DNA of 60,876 nt. Source: Acidimicrobiia bacterium (GTDB lineage Bacteria > Actinomycetota > Acidimicrobiia > Actinomarinales > Actinomarinaceae). The translations under genes and the position numbers were made by a program. Shown here in pieces: positions 48,811 through 58,065 of this stretch. Position 1 is the first letter of the stretch; every line of letters begins with the position of its first letter. The notes beneath the pieces were generated by a model. It saw nothing but the letters and a program-made list of their open reading frames with translations, ran no database searches and was not told the origin of the DNA. The DNA lies in the NCBI GenBank assembly GCA_028376655.1, contig JAONAZ010000005.1, forward strand, positions 1 through 60,876, read 5' to 3'.

Positions 48811-49575
48811 ATGAAGAAAATTGTTATTGGAAACTGGAAACTGAATTTAGACCATTTGGAAGCAATACAGCTTTTACAAAAACTTAATTATTCACTAGAT
48901 GTAAACATTGAAGATAAAATTGATATTTTATTAGCACCCTCTCACACATCTCTACGTTCACTTCAAACTATTGTTGATGCAGATAGTTTGAAAATACAAA
49001 TTTCATCACAAGATGTTTCAGCTTATACGGAAGGTGCGTACACAGGTGAAGTATCAGCAATGCAATTGCAAAAACTTAATATTACATATTCTATTATTGG
49101 CCATTCAGAGAGAAGGCTAGTTTTTGGAGAATCTGATGAGTTAATTAACCTCAAAGTACATAATGCTGTAGATAATAATCTTGTTCCTATAGTTTGTTTT
49201 GGTGAGCCAGAAGAAAATAGAAATAGTAACAATTACTTACCGTACCTATTAAATCAAGTTAACTTAGCAATTAAAGGTTTAAGAAAAGATAAAGTAAATG
49301 AGATCATATTTGCTTATGAACCAATCTGGGCAATTGGAACAGGTAAAGTGGCCTCAGTAGAAAATACTATAGAAGTTCTATCAGCAGTTAAGAAAGAAAT
49401 TTCTAATAAACCATTTTACGACGAAGAGAAAACAAGATTTATTTACGGTGGAAGTGTTTCCCCAACAAATGCTTCAGAATTACTTAATACTAAAATTATC
49501 GACGGCGTTCTTGTTGGAGGTGCTTCTTTGGATACAGATAAATTTGTTCAGATTATCAAGTCAATTAAATTATGA
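48811..49575 (+). CDS. tpiA: Triosephosphate isomerase
   Basis: GNWK, GHSERR, AYEPIWAIGTG, YGGSV, LVGGASL. Confidence 0.97.
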   Translation: MKKIVIGNWKLNLDHLEAIQLLQKLNYSLDVNIEDKIDILLAPSHTSLRSLQTIVDADSLKIQISSQDVSAYTEGAYTGEVSAMQLQKLNITYSIIGHSERRLVFGESDELINLKVHNAVDNNLVPIVCFGEPEENRNSNNYLPYLLNQVNLAIKGLRKDKVNEIIFAYEPIWAIGTGKVASVENTIEVLSAVKKEISNKPFYDEEKTRFIYGGSVSPTNASELLNTKIIDGVLVGGASLDTDKFVQIIKSIKL

Positions 49576-50315
49576 ACTTAGTATTTGTTCGCCATGGTCA
49601 AAGTATTTGGAATAAAGAAAATAAATTTACAGGATGGGTTGATGTCGGTCTTTCACAAAGAGGTAATAACGAAGCAATTGAAGCTGGCAAGTTATTGTCT
49701 GATATAGATTTTATTCCAAATATTTGCTACACATCCTTTTTAACTAGATCTAAAGAAACAGCGTTGCTTGTATTAAGTGAAATATTTACTAGTGAAGATG
49801 CAACGTATACAAAAAAAGAGCTTTGGCAGCTTAATGAACGTCATTATGGAGCACTTCAAGGGCTTGATAAACTACAGACCGCAAATGAATTTGGTGAAGA
49901 GCAGGTACATTCATGGAGGAGGGGATACAAGACACAGCCCCCTTTAGTCAAAGAGGACTCTAAATATAATCCAAACAATGATCTAATGTATGAAGATATT
50001 CATGAAAAACTCCCTTTAGGTGAATCTTTAGAAGACGTAGTTTTAAGAGTCAAAAAGACGTTGGATATAATTAAATCTTCAACCAAAGAAGGAAATGTAT
50101 TAGTTGTGGCACATGGCAATAGCATAAGGGCAATGATAAAAATACTAGAAGGTATCCCAGATAAAGATATCGTAGATATAAATATTCCGACTGGAATTCC
50201 TCTCGCATTTAACATTAATGATGATAAAATAACAAGAATTGGTTATCTTGGAAATGTAGAAAAGATAAAAGAACTAGAAAAAGAAGTTAAACTGCAATCT
50301 AGATTGAAAGAGTAA
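49572..50315 (+). CDS. gpmA: 2,3-BPG-dependent phosphoglycerate mutase
   Basis: RHGQSIWN..N.FTGWVD, LNERHYGALQG, AHGNSIRA, IPTGIP. Confidence 0.95.
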   Translation: MNLVFVRHGQSIWNKENKFTGWVDVGLSQRGNNEAIEAGKLLSDIDFIPNICYTSFLTRSKETALLVLSEIFTSEDATYTKKELWQLNERHYGALQGLDKLQTANEFGEEQVHSWRRGYKTQPPLVKEDSKYNPNNDLMYEDIHEKLPLGESLEDVVLRVKKTLDIIKSSTKEGNVLVVAHGNSIRAMIKILEGIPDKDIVDINIPTGIPLAFNINDDKITRIGYLGNVEKIKELEKEVKLQSRLKE

Positions 50316-50320
50316 GATTT

Positions 50321-50557
50321 ATGGATACATTAACAGCAAGTTTAGTAGCGGTACATATTGTTATTTCAATAGCCCTTATTGGACTTGTACTTTTGAATAG
50401 TGGAAAAGGCGGTGGTCTTTCAGACATGCTGGGTGGACCAGGAGCATCAGGTAATATTGGTCAAACATTAGCAGAAAGAAATCTAAGTAGAATTACTGCA
50501 GCGGTAGCTCTTTTGTTCTCTATAACAACATTATTATTATTTTGGTTTCTTGATTGA
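50321..50557 (+). CDS. secG: Preprotein translocase subunit SecG
   Basis: 2 TM with linker LLNSGKGGGLSDM..AERNLSRIT. Confidence 0.93.
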   Translation: MDTLTASLVAVHIVISIALIGLVLLNSGKGGGLSDMLGGPGASGNIGQTLAERNLSRITAAVALLFSITTLLLFWFLD

Positions 50558-50561
50558 TTTA

Positions 50562-50645
50562 GCGCGGGTGGCGGAACTGGTAGACGCGCAGGATTAAGGA
50601 TCCTGTGGGGTAAAACCCGTGGAGGTTCGAGTCCTCTTCCGCGCA
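50562..50645 (+). tRNA. tRNA-Leu with anticodon AAG
   Basis: GCGCGGG/TCCGCGC acceptor stem; anticodon arm CAGGA-TTAAGGA-TCCTG (AAG at 50596-50598); long variable arm; GTTCGAGTC; discriminator A. Confidence 0.93.
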
Positions 50646-50650
50646 CAAGT

Positions 50651-51307
50651 ATGGAAACTAACAAAACAATTGCAATAATTAATGATCCAAACGTAACACT
50701 GGGTTCTTTATCACACAATAAAATCAAAGAAAAAAATGCTTGGGAGGTTGATTGGGACTCACTTTCAGAGAATAACAAATATATTATTCTCGGTGGTCAT
50801 ATGGGAGCTTATGACATTGATAAATATCCATACCTTATTAAAGAAAAGAAATGGCTCAATAGGGTAATATCTAGGGGATCAAAAGTTTTAGGCATATGTT
50901 TAGGAGCTCAACTTATAGCAGATGCAATGGGAGGCAAAGCTTTTCTCTCTAATGAGATAGAATTTGGTTTTAAGAAGTTAAACTTTCATACTGATTCCGA
51001 ATTGTTTACAGGCTTTAAAGACTCTAAAGTATTTCTTTGGCACAGAGATACATTTAATATTCCACCATCTGCTCAGCTGATTGCCTCTACAAAGTATCCA
51101 CAAATTTTTAAAATTAACAATTCCTATGCTTTACAGTTCCACCCAGAAGTTACAAAATCACTTTTTGATAACTGGTATGACAGTGAGGTTAGTCGACAAG
51201 AGTTAGCTAATTTTGACACATTGGCAACATCTAATTACCTAGTTAAAAATGCAACTGACCTAAATGAAGAAGTGAATATATTTTATAAAAAATGGAGTAA
51301 AACTTAA
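50651..51307 (+). CDS. Type 1 glutamine amidotransferase
   Basis: LGGHMG, GICLGAQ (catalytic Cys), WHRD, QFHPE. Confidence 0.9.
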   Translation: METNKTIAIINDPNVTLGSLSHNKIKEKNAWEVDWDSLSENNKYIILGGHMGAYDIDKYPYLIKEKKWLNRVISRGSKVLGICLGAQLIADAMGGKAFLSNEIEFGFKKLNFHTDSELFTGFKDSKVFLWHRDTFNIPPSAQLIASTKYPQIFKINNSYALQFHPEVTKSLFDNWYDSEVSRQELANFDTLATSNYLVKNATDLNEEVNIFYKKWSKT

Positions 51308-51882
51308 AAACTCATATCATTAATACTTTTAATGTAATTATTAAGTATTTCGTATCGTTTAATAATTTCTTTTTCTTCTAGTAAGCTTTTTCTTACCTCA
51401 TCATTCATAGGAACTTTAGAAGTTAACTCCCATAGTTTTAAAATCCTATTTGAAGTATCAATTTCAAATGTAGGCAAATCTATATCTAATCCTTGCTCTA
51501 ACATTATCCCCATACTCCTTTTGATATTATTTTGAAGTTGTAATAATTCTTCCTCCGTAGGAGGCAATCCAACATCAACAACATTCTCACAATTAGCTTT
51601 CGGATACTCATCATCAAGATTTATATTGGTAATTTTCATAAGATTTATACACTCGACTACAACAACTTGTTCAGCATTAGAAATATCTTTGTGGTCAAGA
51701 ATTTTAACTTCTGACACAACTTCTCCAATAGTATCTATAGAATTTCCAACACAAAATGTATTGTTATTTTTTATACAATCTCCTATAAGAAGAAGATATC
51801 GAGGTTCAAATATTCTTAAAACAGATATCTCATAAGGAAAATAATTAATACCAGCACCAAACAAAGGAAATTCTATTATCAT
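51304..51882 (-). CDS. LON peptidase substrate-binding (LON N) domain protein
   Basis: FPLF...FP....LRIFEPRY. Confidence 0.82.
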   Translation of the reverse strand: MIIEFPLFGAGINYFPYEISVLRIFEPRYLLLIGDCIKNNNTFCVGNSIDTIGEVVSEVKILDHKDISNAEQVVVVECINLMKITNINLDDEYPKANCENVVDVGLPPTEEELLQLQNNIKRSMGIMLEQGLDIDLPTFEIDTSNRILKLWELTSKVPMNDEVRKSLLEEKEIIKRYEILNNYIKSINDMSF

Positions 51883-51918
51883 AACTCGTGTTATTTAGGA
51901 TAAGTGGTTTAAAACATT

Positions 51919-52965
51919 ATGAGAATAGAAGATGAAATAAAGTTAACTTTTGATGACGTATTAATAAGACCAAAAAGAAGTACACTTGTTTCCAGATCAG
52001 ATGTTGAGTTAAATAGAGAATTTAAATTTCGACACTCTGATCAAAAATGGACTGGCGTACCTATTTTTTCTGCCAATATGGACACAACTGGTACGTTTGA
52101 AACAGCTAAAGCTCTACAGGGTCACAATATGCTTACAGCAGTACATAAATTTTACACTTTAAAAGAATGGGGAGAGAATATAAAGGATTTAAATCCTGAA
52201 TTTCTTGCAGTAACAGTAGGCACTTCAGAAGAGGATTTTCAAAAAGCTGTAGATATATATAAATTAGAAAACAAAATTAAATTCCTATGTCTAGATGTTG
52301 CAAATGGATATCGTGAAGATTTTGTAGTAGCTGTTAAGAAATATCGAGAAACCTTTCCAAACAAAATTATTATTGCTGGCAATGTAGCTACAAGAGAAAT
52401 GACTGAAGCATTGATATTAGCTGGTGCTGATATTGTAAAAATTGGTATTGGCCCTGGCTCAGTTTGCACTACTAGAAAAGTTGCTGGAGTAGGCTATCCT
52501 CAACTTTCCTCCATATCCGAATGTTCAGATGCTGCTCATGGCTTAGGAGGCCATGTTATTGCGGATGGTGGATGTAAATATCCAGGAGATGTATCTAAAG
52601 CTTTTGGAGCAGGTGCTGACTATGTTATGCTCGGAGGGATATTTGCAGGCCATAAAGAATCTGGTGGAGATCTTGTAACTGATGAAAAGGGTATCCAATA
52701 CAAAGATTTTTATGGAATGTCCTCTAGAAAAGCTCAGGAGACCTACTACGGAGATTTAGCTGAACATCGCGCACCTGAAGGAAAAAAAGTGAGGCTTAAG
52801 TACAAAGGTGATATTGACACAACTGTAAAGTCTATTCTAGGGGGGATAAGGTCTGCATGTTCATATGTAGGTGCTAAATCAATTAAGGATTTGCCAAAAA
52901 GTACAACTTTTATAAGAGTTACACAAACAACTAATGAGATTTATACAGGATCTGAAAACAATTGA
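51919..52965 (+). CDS. guaC: GMP reductase
   Basis: [41 protein letters not shown]. Confidence 0.95.
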   Translation: MRIEDEIKLTFDDVLIRPKRSTLVSRSDVELNREFKFRHSDQKWTGVPIFSANMDTTGTFETAKALQGHNMLTAVHKFYTLKEWGENIKDLNPEFLAVTVGTSEEDFQKAVDIYKLENKIKFLCLDVANGYREDFVVAVKKYRETFPNKIIIAGNVATREMTEALILAGADIVKIGIGPGSVCTTRKVAGVGYPQLSSISECSDAAHGLGGHVIADGGCKYPGDVSKAFGAGADYVMLGGIFAGHKESGGDLVTDEKGIQYKDFYGMSSRKAQETYYGDLAEHRAPEGKKVRLKYKGDIDTTVKSILGGIRSACSYVGAKSIKDLPKSTTFIRVTQTTNEIYTGSENN

Positions 52966-53195
52966 ATATAGAAATATACACAAAAGATTTTTGTATCTGG
53001 TGTGATAGAGCAAAAGCTTTATTGGAATCAAAAGACCTAAAATTTACTGAAATTGACATATCAAATGATGTTGCTCGGTCTGAATTTTATTCAAACGTAG
53101 GAGAGGGTGTTAAAACAGTTCCTCAGGTGTTTATTGAGGGTAAACGTATTGGAGGCTATCAAGAACTCGTTACATGGTTTTCAAATGGCATCTAA
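52962..53195 (+). CDS. Glutaredoxin (GrxC-like)
   Basis: CIWC active site, TVPQVFI, IGGY; TTG start. Confidence 0.88.
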   Translation: MNIEIYTKDFCIWCDRAKALLESKDLKFTEIDISNDVARSEFYSNVGEGVKTVPQVFIEGKRIGGYQELVTWFSNGI

Positions 53196-54087
53196 CGAAT
53201 CTTCTAAGACAGTATTTCTTGCTATGTCTGTCAACTTTTCAATAGGTATAGCAAAATCTGTAATAGCAACAATAACTATGTCTAGTGCTATGTTTTCTGA
53301 AGCTATTCACTCTTTTGTTGATACCGGAAATCAATTTCTTTTATGGTTTGGAATTAAACAGTCAAAAAAAATAAATCCAAAAATATATCCTTTAGGAAGA
53401 GGAAGAGAAGAGTATTTCTGGACACTTGTAGTAGCAGTTTTAATATTCACTATAGGTGGCTTAGTTTCTTTAGAACATGGAATAGAATCATTATCCCACC
53501 CTAAAAAACTTGAAAACCTTGGTATTTCGGTTACCTTGCTAGTTATTTCAATAATTCTTGAATCGTATGTGCTAAAAAAAGCTATTTCAGAACTTAAAAG
53601 AGGTCAAAATAATGACAAGGGTGTTGTAGGTTTACTTAAAGAATCTACAGATGGTCCTTTAATCGCAATAGTCGTTGAGGACTTTGCAGCAACATTGGGG
53701 CTGTTTATAGCTTTGATTGGAACGATACTATCATCTCTCACTCAGAATTCTATATATGATTCAATCTCAGCAATTTCTATAGGTATTCTACTCATGGTAT
53801 CAGGCCTATTCTTAGGTTATGAGATGAAACATTTAATTACAGGTGAAAGTATTTCAGAAGATAAACTAAAGAAAGTTGATAAAGTAATAAAATCAAACAA
53901 AAATATATCTACGTTATTAAATCTTAAAATACTACCTATTGGAAGTAAGGAATACTTAGCACTCATAATGTTGGATTACGAAGATTCCTTAAGCGATAAC
54001 CAAATAGTAGAAATAAATACTATGTTAAAAAATAATATAAAAGAAACTGAACCTACAATTACAGAAATTTACTTTAATCCCCAATAA
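53185..54087 (+). CDS. Cation diffusion facilitator family transporter
   Basis: SEAIHSFVDTGNQ, YPLGRGREEYFW, EDFAA; 6 TM plus C-terminal domain. Confidence 0.9.
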   Translation: MASNESSKTVFLAMSVNFSIGIAKSVIATITMSSAMFSEAIHSFVDTGNQFLLWFGIKQSKKINPKIYPLGRGREEYFWTLVVAVLIFTIGGLVSLEHGIESLSHPKKLENLGISVTLLVISIILESYVLKKAISELKRGQNNDKGVVGLLKESTDGPLIAIVVEDFAATLGLFIALIGTILSSLTQNSIYDSISAISIGILLMVSGLFLGYEMKHLITGESISEDKLKKVDKVIKSNKNISTLLNLKILPIGSKEYLALIMLDYEDSLSDNQIVEINTMLKNNIKETEPTITEIYFNPQ

Positions 54088-54101
54088 GATAAAATGATTT
54101 T

Positions 54102-54473
54102 ATGGAGATTAATAAAGAGCATCTAACTGAAGAGCAAATTCAAGTTACACAATTTTGTGGAACAGAACCACCTTTTTCTGGAAAACTTCTTAATGAAAAG
54201 CGTAATGGAATCTATAAATGTGCTGTTTGTAAGGAGGTGTTATTTGATTCCTCTACAAAATATGAGTCTGGATCGGGATGGCCAAGTTTCTTTGATGCGA
54301 TAGAGGAAAAAATTAAATCAAAAGAAGATAAAACACTTGGAATGGTAAGAACTGAGATACTTTGTAAAAATTGTGAATCCCACCTTGGTCACGTATTTCC
54401 AGATGGGCCGAAACCTACTGGGAACAGATACTGCGTTAATAGTTTGAGTTTAGAGTTCTACTCAAATGAGTGA
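54102..54473 (+). CDS. msrB: Peptide-methionine (R)-S-oxide reductase
   Basis: [30 protein letters not shown]. Confidence 0.96.
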   Translation: MEINKEHLTEEQIQVTQFCGTEPPFSGKLLNEKRNGIYKCAVCKEVLFDSSTKYESGSGWPSFFDAIEEKIKSKEDKTLGMVRTEILCKNCESHLGHVFPDGPKPTGNRYCVNSLSLEFYSNE

Positions 54474-54774
54474 AATCTTCGTAGACAATAACTGTACTGT
54501 TTGTAGTTCATATGGCGAATTTTTAAATAAAAGAAATCATAACGTGAAAGTATCAAATCAACTTGAACTAAAGCTAGAAGATATAGAAAGGGATGAGTTG
54601 GTCTACATTAATAATAAAAAGAAGTTTTATGCTTCTAAAGCAGTAATTGAGTCTATTGCTGATCTTGGAGGACTGTATAAGCTAATTAAAATATTTTATC
54701 TTGTGCCTAAGATTATTAGAGATAGCGTCTATAAAATTATCTCAAAAAATAGAAAAAGGTTTTTTTATAAATAA
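54466..54774 (+). CDS. DCC1-like (DUF393) thiol-disulfide oxidoreductase family protein
   Basis: DNNCTVC motif; [15 protein letters not shown]-terminus. Confidence 0.8.
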   Translation: MSEIFVDNNCTVCSSYGEFLNKRNHNVKVSNQLELKLEDIERDELVYINNKKKFYASKAVIESIADLGGLYKLIKIFYLVPKIIRDSVYKIISKNRKRFFYK

Positions 54775-54985
54775 ATTAAATAAAATTTTTGAGAATAAAA
54801 TATTCAAGACGTTTTTTTACTTTTCTATATTCAGGGCTATTCATGGTTTTATTGTTGTTATATTTTTTTACTATTTTGGATATAAGGCAAATGTTGGAGT
54901 TGAAATTTATCTTTTATATTTATTAATCTCTATAGTCGTATCTAGGCAACTCTTTAAAAAAGTAAAAATCAGATTTAATCTCTGA
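54767..54985 (+). CDS. Small hypothetical membrane protein; start uncertain (ATA 54767 or TTG 54701)
   Basis: Two hydrophobic segments; fills an otherwise empty 200-bp gap. Confidence 0.55.
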   Translation: MNKLNKIFENKIFKTFFYFSIFRAIHGFIVVIFFYYFGYKANVGVEIYLLYLLISIVVSRQLFKKVKIRFNL

Positions 54986-55457
54986 AGTTACCAAATGATA
55001 GATGGATATCGTAATTTTTTTCTTTAATTGCATTCATAATTGACTGTAATGAATCTCTTTTCTTAGAGGTTACTCGAATAGAACCATCTTGAATTGATGA
55101 TTGTAACTTTTTATCATTCTCCTTTATGAATTTAACTATTTCTTTCGCATCAGAAGTTTCAATTCCTGTTTTTAACGTATAAACTCTTTTATTCTCAGAA
55201 GGCGTTTCTTCATCAAGAAAATCAGATAAAAACTTTATAGATATATTTCTTTTTGCAAATTTTTCTCTTACTACTTGGTCTGCAGCTAAAAGTCGATCCT
55301 TAGTTGAACTATTTATACTTATTGATGTTTCAGAACTATTTATTGAAGTATTTGTATTCTTAAAATCGTATCTATTTGTTATTTCTCTTTTACTTTGATC
55401 AATAGCATTCAATACTTCTTGTTTGTCGAACTCTGAATTGATATCAAAACTTGGCAT
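54975..55457 (-). CDS. yajQ: YajQ family nucleotide-binding protein
   Basis: MPSFDI.S, NRYDFK, IRVTSKKRDSLQ, F.NFRD. Confidence 0.94.
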   Translation of the reverse strand: MPSFDINSEFDKQEVLNAIDQSKREITNRYDFKNTNTSINSSETSISINSSTKDRLLAADQVVREKFAKRNISIKFLSDFLDEETPSENKRVYTLKTGIETSDAKEIVKFIKENDKKLQSSIQDGSIRVTSKKRDSLQSIMNAIKEKNYDIHLSFGNFRD

Positions 55458-55459
55458 AA

Positions 55460-55648
55460 CTAACTCCTATATTTTTCATTAATGTAATTAAGCTCAGACT
55501 CAATTTTATTGAGACTTTTTTTTAAGGACTGGATTTCTTCAACTTTATCAAAGTCTTCATATATTTTAAGTTTCTTTTCTAATGTTCTATACCTCAATAG
55601 TAAAAAAACTATTATTACTAGTAGACCAACCCAAAATATATTTTCCAT
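55460..55648 (-). CDS. Small hypothetical protein (TM plus coiled coil)
   Basis: 62 aa; fits exactly between fluC and yajQ. Confidence 0.65.
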   Translation of the reverse strand: MENIFWVGLLVIIVFLLLRYRTLEKKLKIYEDFDKVEEIQSLKKSLNKIESELNYINEKYRS

Positions 55649-55651
55649 AAT

Positions 55652-56014
55652 CTAATTTACCAGTTTACTTCCTATGTATACCCCTAATAATGCTGCTAGT
55701 AATGACAATATTACAGTTCCAAAAAAATACGCAAGGGTAGTGAGTTGTGAATTCTTGCTTAATTCTATTATATCAAATGTAAATTGAGAGTAAGTTGTGA
55801 ACCCACCAAGTATTCCAGTAAGTAAAAATAAACTTACTATGCTATTTCTTGAAACTATTGAGTAAATTACCCCAAATAAGAAAGAACCTGATACGTTTAT
55901 AAGAAGTGTTGATATTTGAGTTAGCATTGTAAAATTTATTAGATAATTCATCAAAAATCTAGCAACCGTCCCAATTCCACCTCCAATGAAAACAAATAAA
56001 ATTTTACTGTACAT
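55652..56014 (-). CDS. crcB: Fluoride channel FluC/CrcB
   Basis: GGGIGTVAR, INVSGSF, GILGGFTTYS. Confidence 0.92.
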   Translation of the reverse strand: MYSKILFVFIGGGIGTVARFLMNYLINFTMLTQISTLLINVSGSFLFGVIYSIVSRNSIVSLFLLTGILGGFTTYSQFTFDIIELSKNSQLTTLAYFFGTVILSLLAALLGVYIGSKLVN

Positions 56015-56450
56015 TATGTTGTCTTAAATATTCATAACCTACAATTGCTACTGAATTAGCTAAATTTAGACTTCTCGATTTATCATCCATCGGAATTGTG
56101 AGTAAATTCTTATTTTCATAAATAATTTCCTCGGGTAAACCAACAGATTCAGGACCAAAAATCAAGTAATCAAATTCTGAAAGGTTTCTATCCCAGTAAC
56201 TCTTTGTTCCCTTTGCTGAAAGGTATGCAATATTTTTATTATTATTTACAGATATGAATTCTTCCCAGTTTTCATAAGTACTTACAGATGCTAAATCATG
56301 ATAGTCAAGACCTGCACGTCGAATTTTATTCTCTTGAAAGCTGAATCCGTAGGGTTTTATGATATTGAGCGATATACCAGTATTTGCTGATAGCCTTATA
56401 CACGCTCCAACATTTCCGGCAATTTCTGGTTGATACAGTACAATTTCCAC
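56004..56450 (-). CDS. trmL: tRNA (cytidine/uridine-34-2'-O)-methyltransferase TrmL
   Basis: LYQPEIAGNVG, RRAGLDY, FGPESVGLP, RSLNLANS. Confidence 0.94.
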   Translation of the reverse strand: MEIVLYQPEIAGNVGACIRLSANTGISLNIIKPYGFSFQENKIRRAGLDYHDLASVSTYENWEEFISVNNNKNIAYLSAKGTKSYWDRNLSEFDYLIFGPESVGLPEEIIYENKNLLTIPMDDKSRSLNLANSVAIVGYEYLRQHNVQ

Positions 56451-56501
56451 AATGTAATTATATTCCTATTCAAGAACCATATAGTATGTAAAATATTTAC
56501 T

Positions 56502-58055
56502 ATGAAACAGTTTATAAGTCTTTTCTTTCCATCATTGGGCAGCTTTAGAAAAATTGTGAGTGAGATACCTAAAACTTCTATTTCCAGAGTAAGATTTATT
56601 GACTTTTTGAAAGTTACTGGCCTCATGCTCATTATTTTTAATACAAGCTTTTTTCTAGACTTCAAACAATCAAGTGGTGAGTTTATAATTTATAATAGAA
56701 CGCTTTTAGATAATTCATTGACTCCAATTACTTGGATAACTGCAGGAATGGCACTCTTCTTTTTCTCGACTGGATTTACTAATAAAATAGCGTGGTACTC
56801 AAATGTAGGTAGAGATGGAAGTCAATGGAAGTTTTTATCAGATAGAGTAAATGGGCTAATGGGCTCTGTATTGGTGTGGGTATTTTTTATAACTTTATCA
56901 CTAAACGTAATATCAAAATTAGTTTTTTTCCCACTGTTCATAACAAACCAAGAAGATGGCATTATTACAGTGACTGAATTTATAATGTGGCCCCTATGGT
57001 TGGTTTCTATTTACCTTGTAGTCGTATTGTTTTGCCCATTAACGATATATTTTCATAAAAAAAATCCGTACCTTACTCTTTCATTTTTAATATTTTCACT
57101 AGTTTTAATAGATAATATTGAATTATCAATATCTCTTTCCTATATAAAGCTTTTTAACTATCTAATTTTTTGGTTAACAATTCACCAATTAGGTTATTTT
57201 TTGGCTGATGGAAAAATTTTTTCATATAGAAAATCACTTTTTGCTGCTATCTCTTTTGTCGCATACAGTTACTTAGGTTATCTCCACATCACTACCGATC
57301 AGTTTTTATCTGTTACAAATTATCGTTTATTATCATTAACGAATGAAGATCCACCAACAACTGTATATTTAATTTCATCTGTAGGTCTTTTGTCATTAAT
57401 TTTATTTTTTCGTTCGCAACTTGAAAACTTATTGACCAATCGATTGGTTTGGTCTATTTTTTCTATCATCCACGCCAATATTTATACGCTATTTTTATGG
57501 CATATTGCTTTATTTTTTTTCATGAGTTACTTTAATGTCCAATTAATCTATTACCCACTTATAGTATTTCTTATTGTTTTCTTGTTTGGTAACTATGAAC
57601 GAAAAACATTCAGATTATCTCGTGAACTTATTAAAAGAGTAAACCCCTTACAACCTTGGCCAACTCCAATTAAAGCTCGATTATCGTATAGTAATTTTCT
57701 ATTAGCATGGATATCGTCAATTCTTGTATTGATCGGGATTTTTCAAATAACACTTGGTGGGGTAGGCTTGTCAGGTTTCTTTTCTTTAAGGCAATTATAT
57801 ATTTTTTCTGGGAATACTTTTGAGGCATTTACTCGCATAGTTCTTGGACTAATACTCTTAAATGTAACTATTCGTAGAAAAGATCTTAAAAATCAATTGC
57901 TTATAATTGGAATTACTTCACAGATTATTACCTTAGGTGTAAGGATTCAACTTTATGACATCGTTACGCCCCTAGAGCTATACATGAGCATATTTTTAAT
58001 ATCATTTTTTCTTATTCTGATATTTAATAATCGTAACTATAAATCAATGGCATGA
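56502..58055 (+). CDS. Acyltransferase-3-like polytopic membrane protein with extra C-terminal TM domain
   Basis: RVRFIDFLK, M.LFFF..GF.N..W, PLWLVSIY, HQLGY, PPT, YTLFLWH; ATG 56502 follows TAAAAT and avoids overlap with trmL. Confidence 0.65.
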   Translation: MKQFISLFFPSLGSFRKIVSEIPKTSISRVRFIDFLKVTGLMLIIFNTSFFLDFKQSSGEFIIYNRTLLDNSLTPITWITAGMALFFFSTGFTNKIAWYSNVGRDGSQWKFLSDRVNGLMGSVLVWVFFITLSLNVISKLVFFPLFITNQEDGIITVTEFIMWPLWLVSIYLVVVLFCPLTIYFHKKNPYLTLSFLIFSLVLIDNIELSISLSYIKLFNYLIFWLTIHQLGYFLADGKIFSYRKSLFAAISFVAYSYLGYLHITTDQFLSVTNYRLLSLTNEDPPTTVYLISSVGLLSLILFFRSQLENLLTNRLVWSIFSIIHANIYTLFLWHIALFFFMSYFNVQLIYYPLIVFLIVFLFGNYERKTFRLSRELIKRVNPLQPWPTPIKARLSYSNFLLAWISSILVLIGIFQITLGGVGLSGFFSLRQLYIFSGNTFEAFTRIVLGLILLNVTIRRKDLKNQLLIIGITSQIITLGVRIQLYDIVTPLELYMSIFLISFFLILIFNNRNYKSMA

Positions 58056-58065
58056 GTCATAATAT

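Noticed and set aside
50461-50778. 105-aa minus-strand ORF
   Set aside because: It is the antisense translation of secG, tRNA-Leu and the amidotransferase start
56004-56100. Fluoride riboswitch upstream of crcB
   Set aside because: crcB overlaps the trmL coding sequence and no riboswitch consensus is visible
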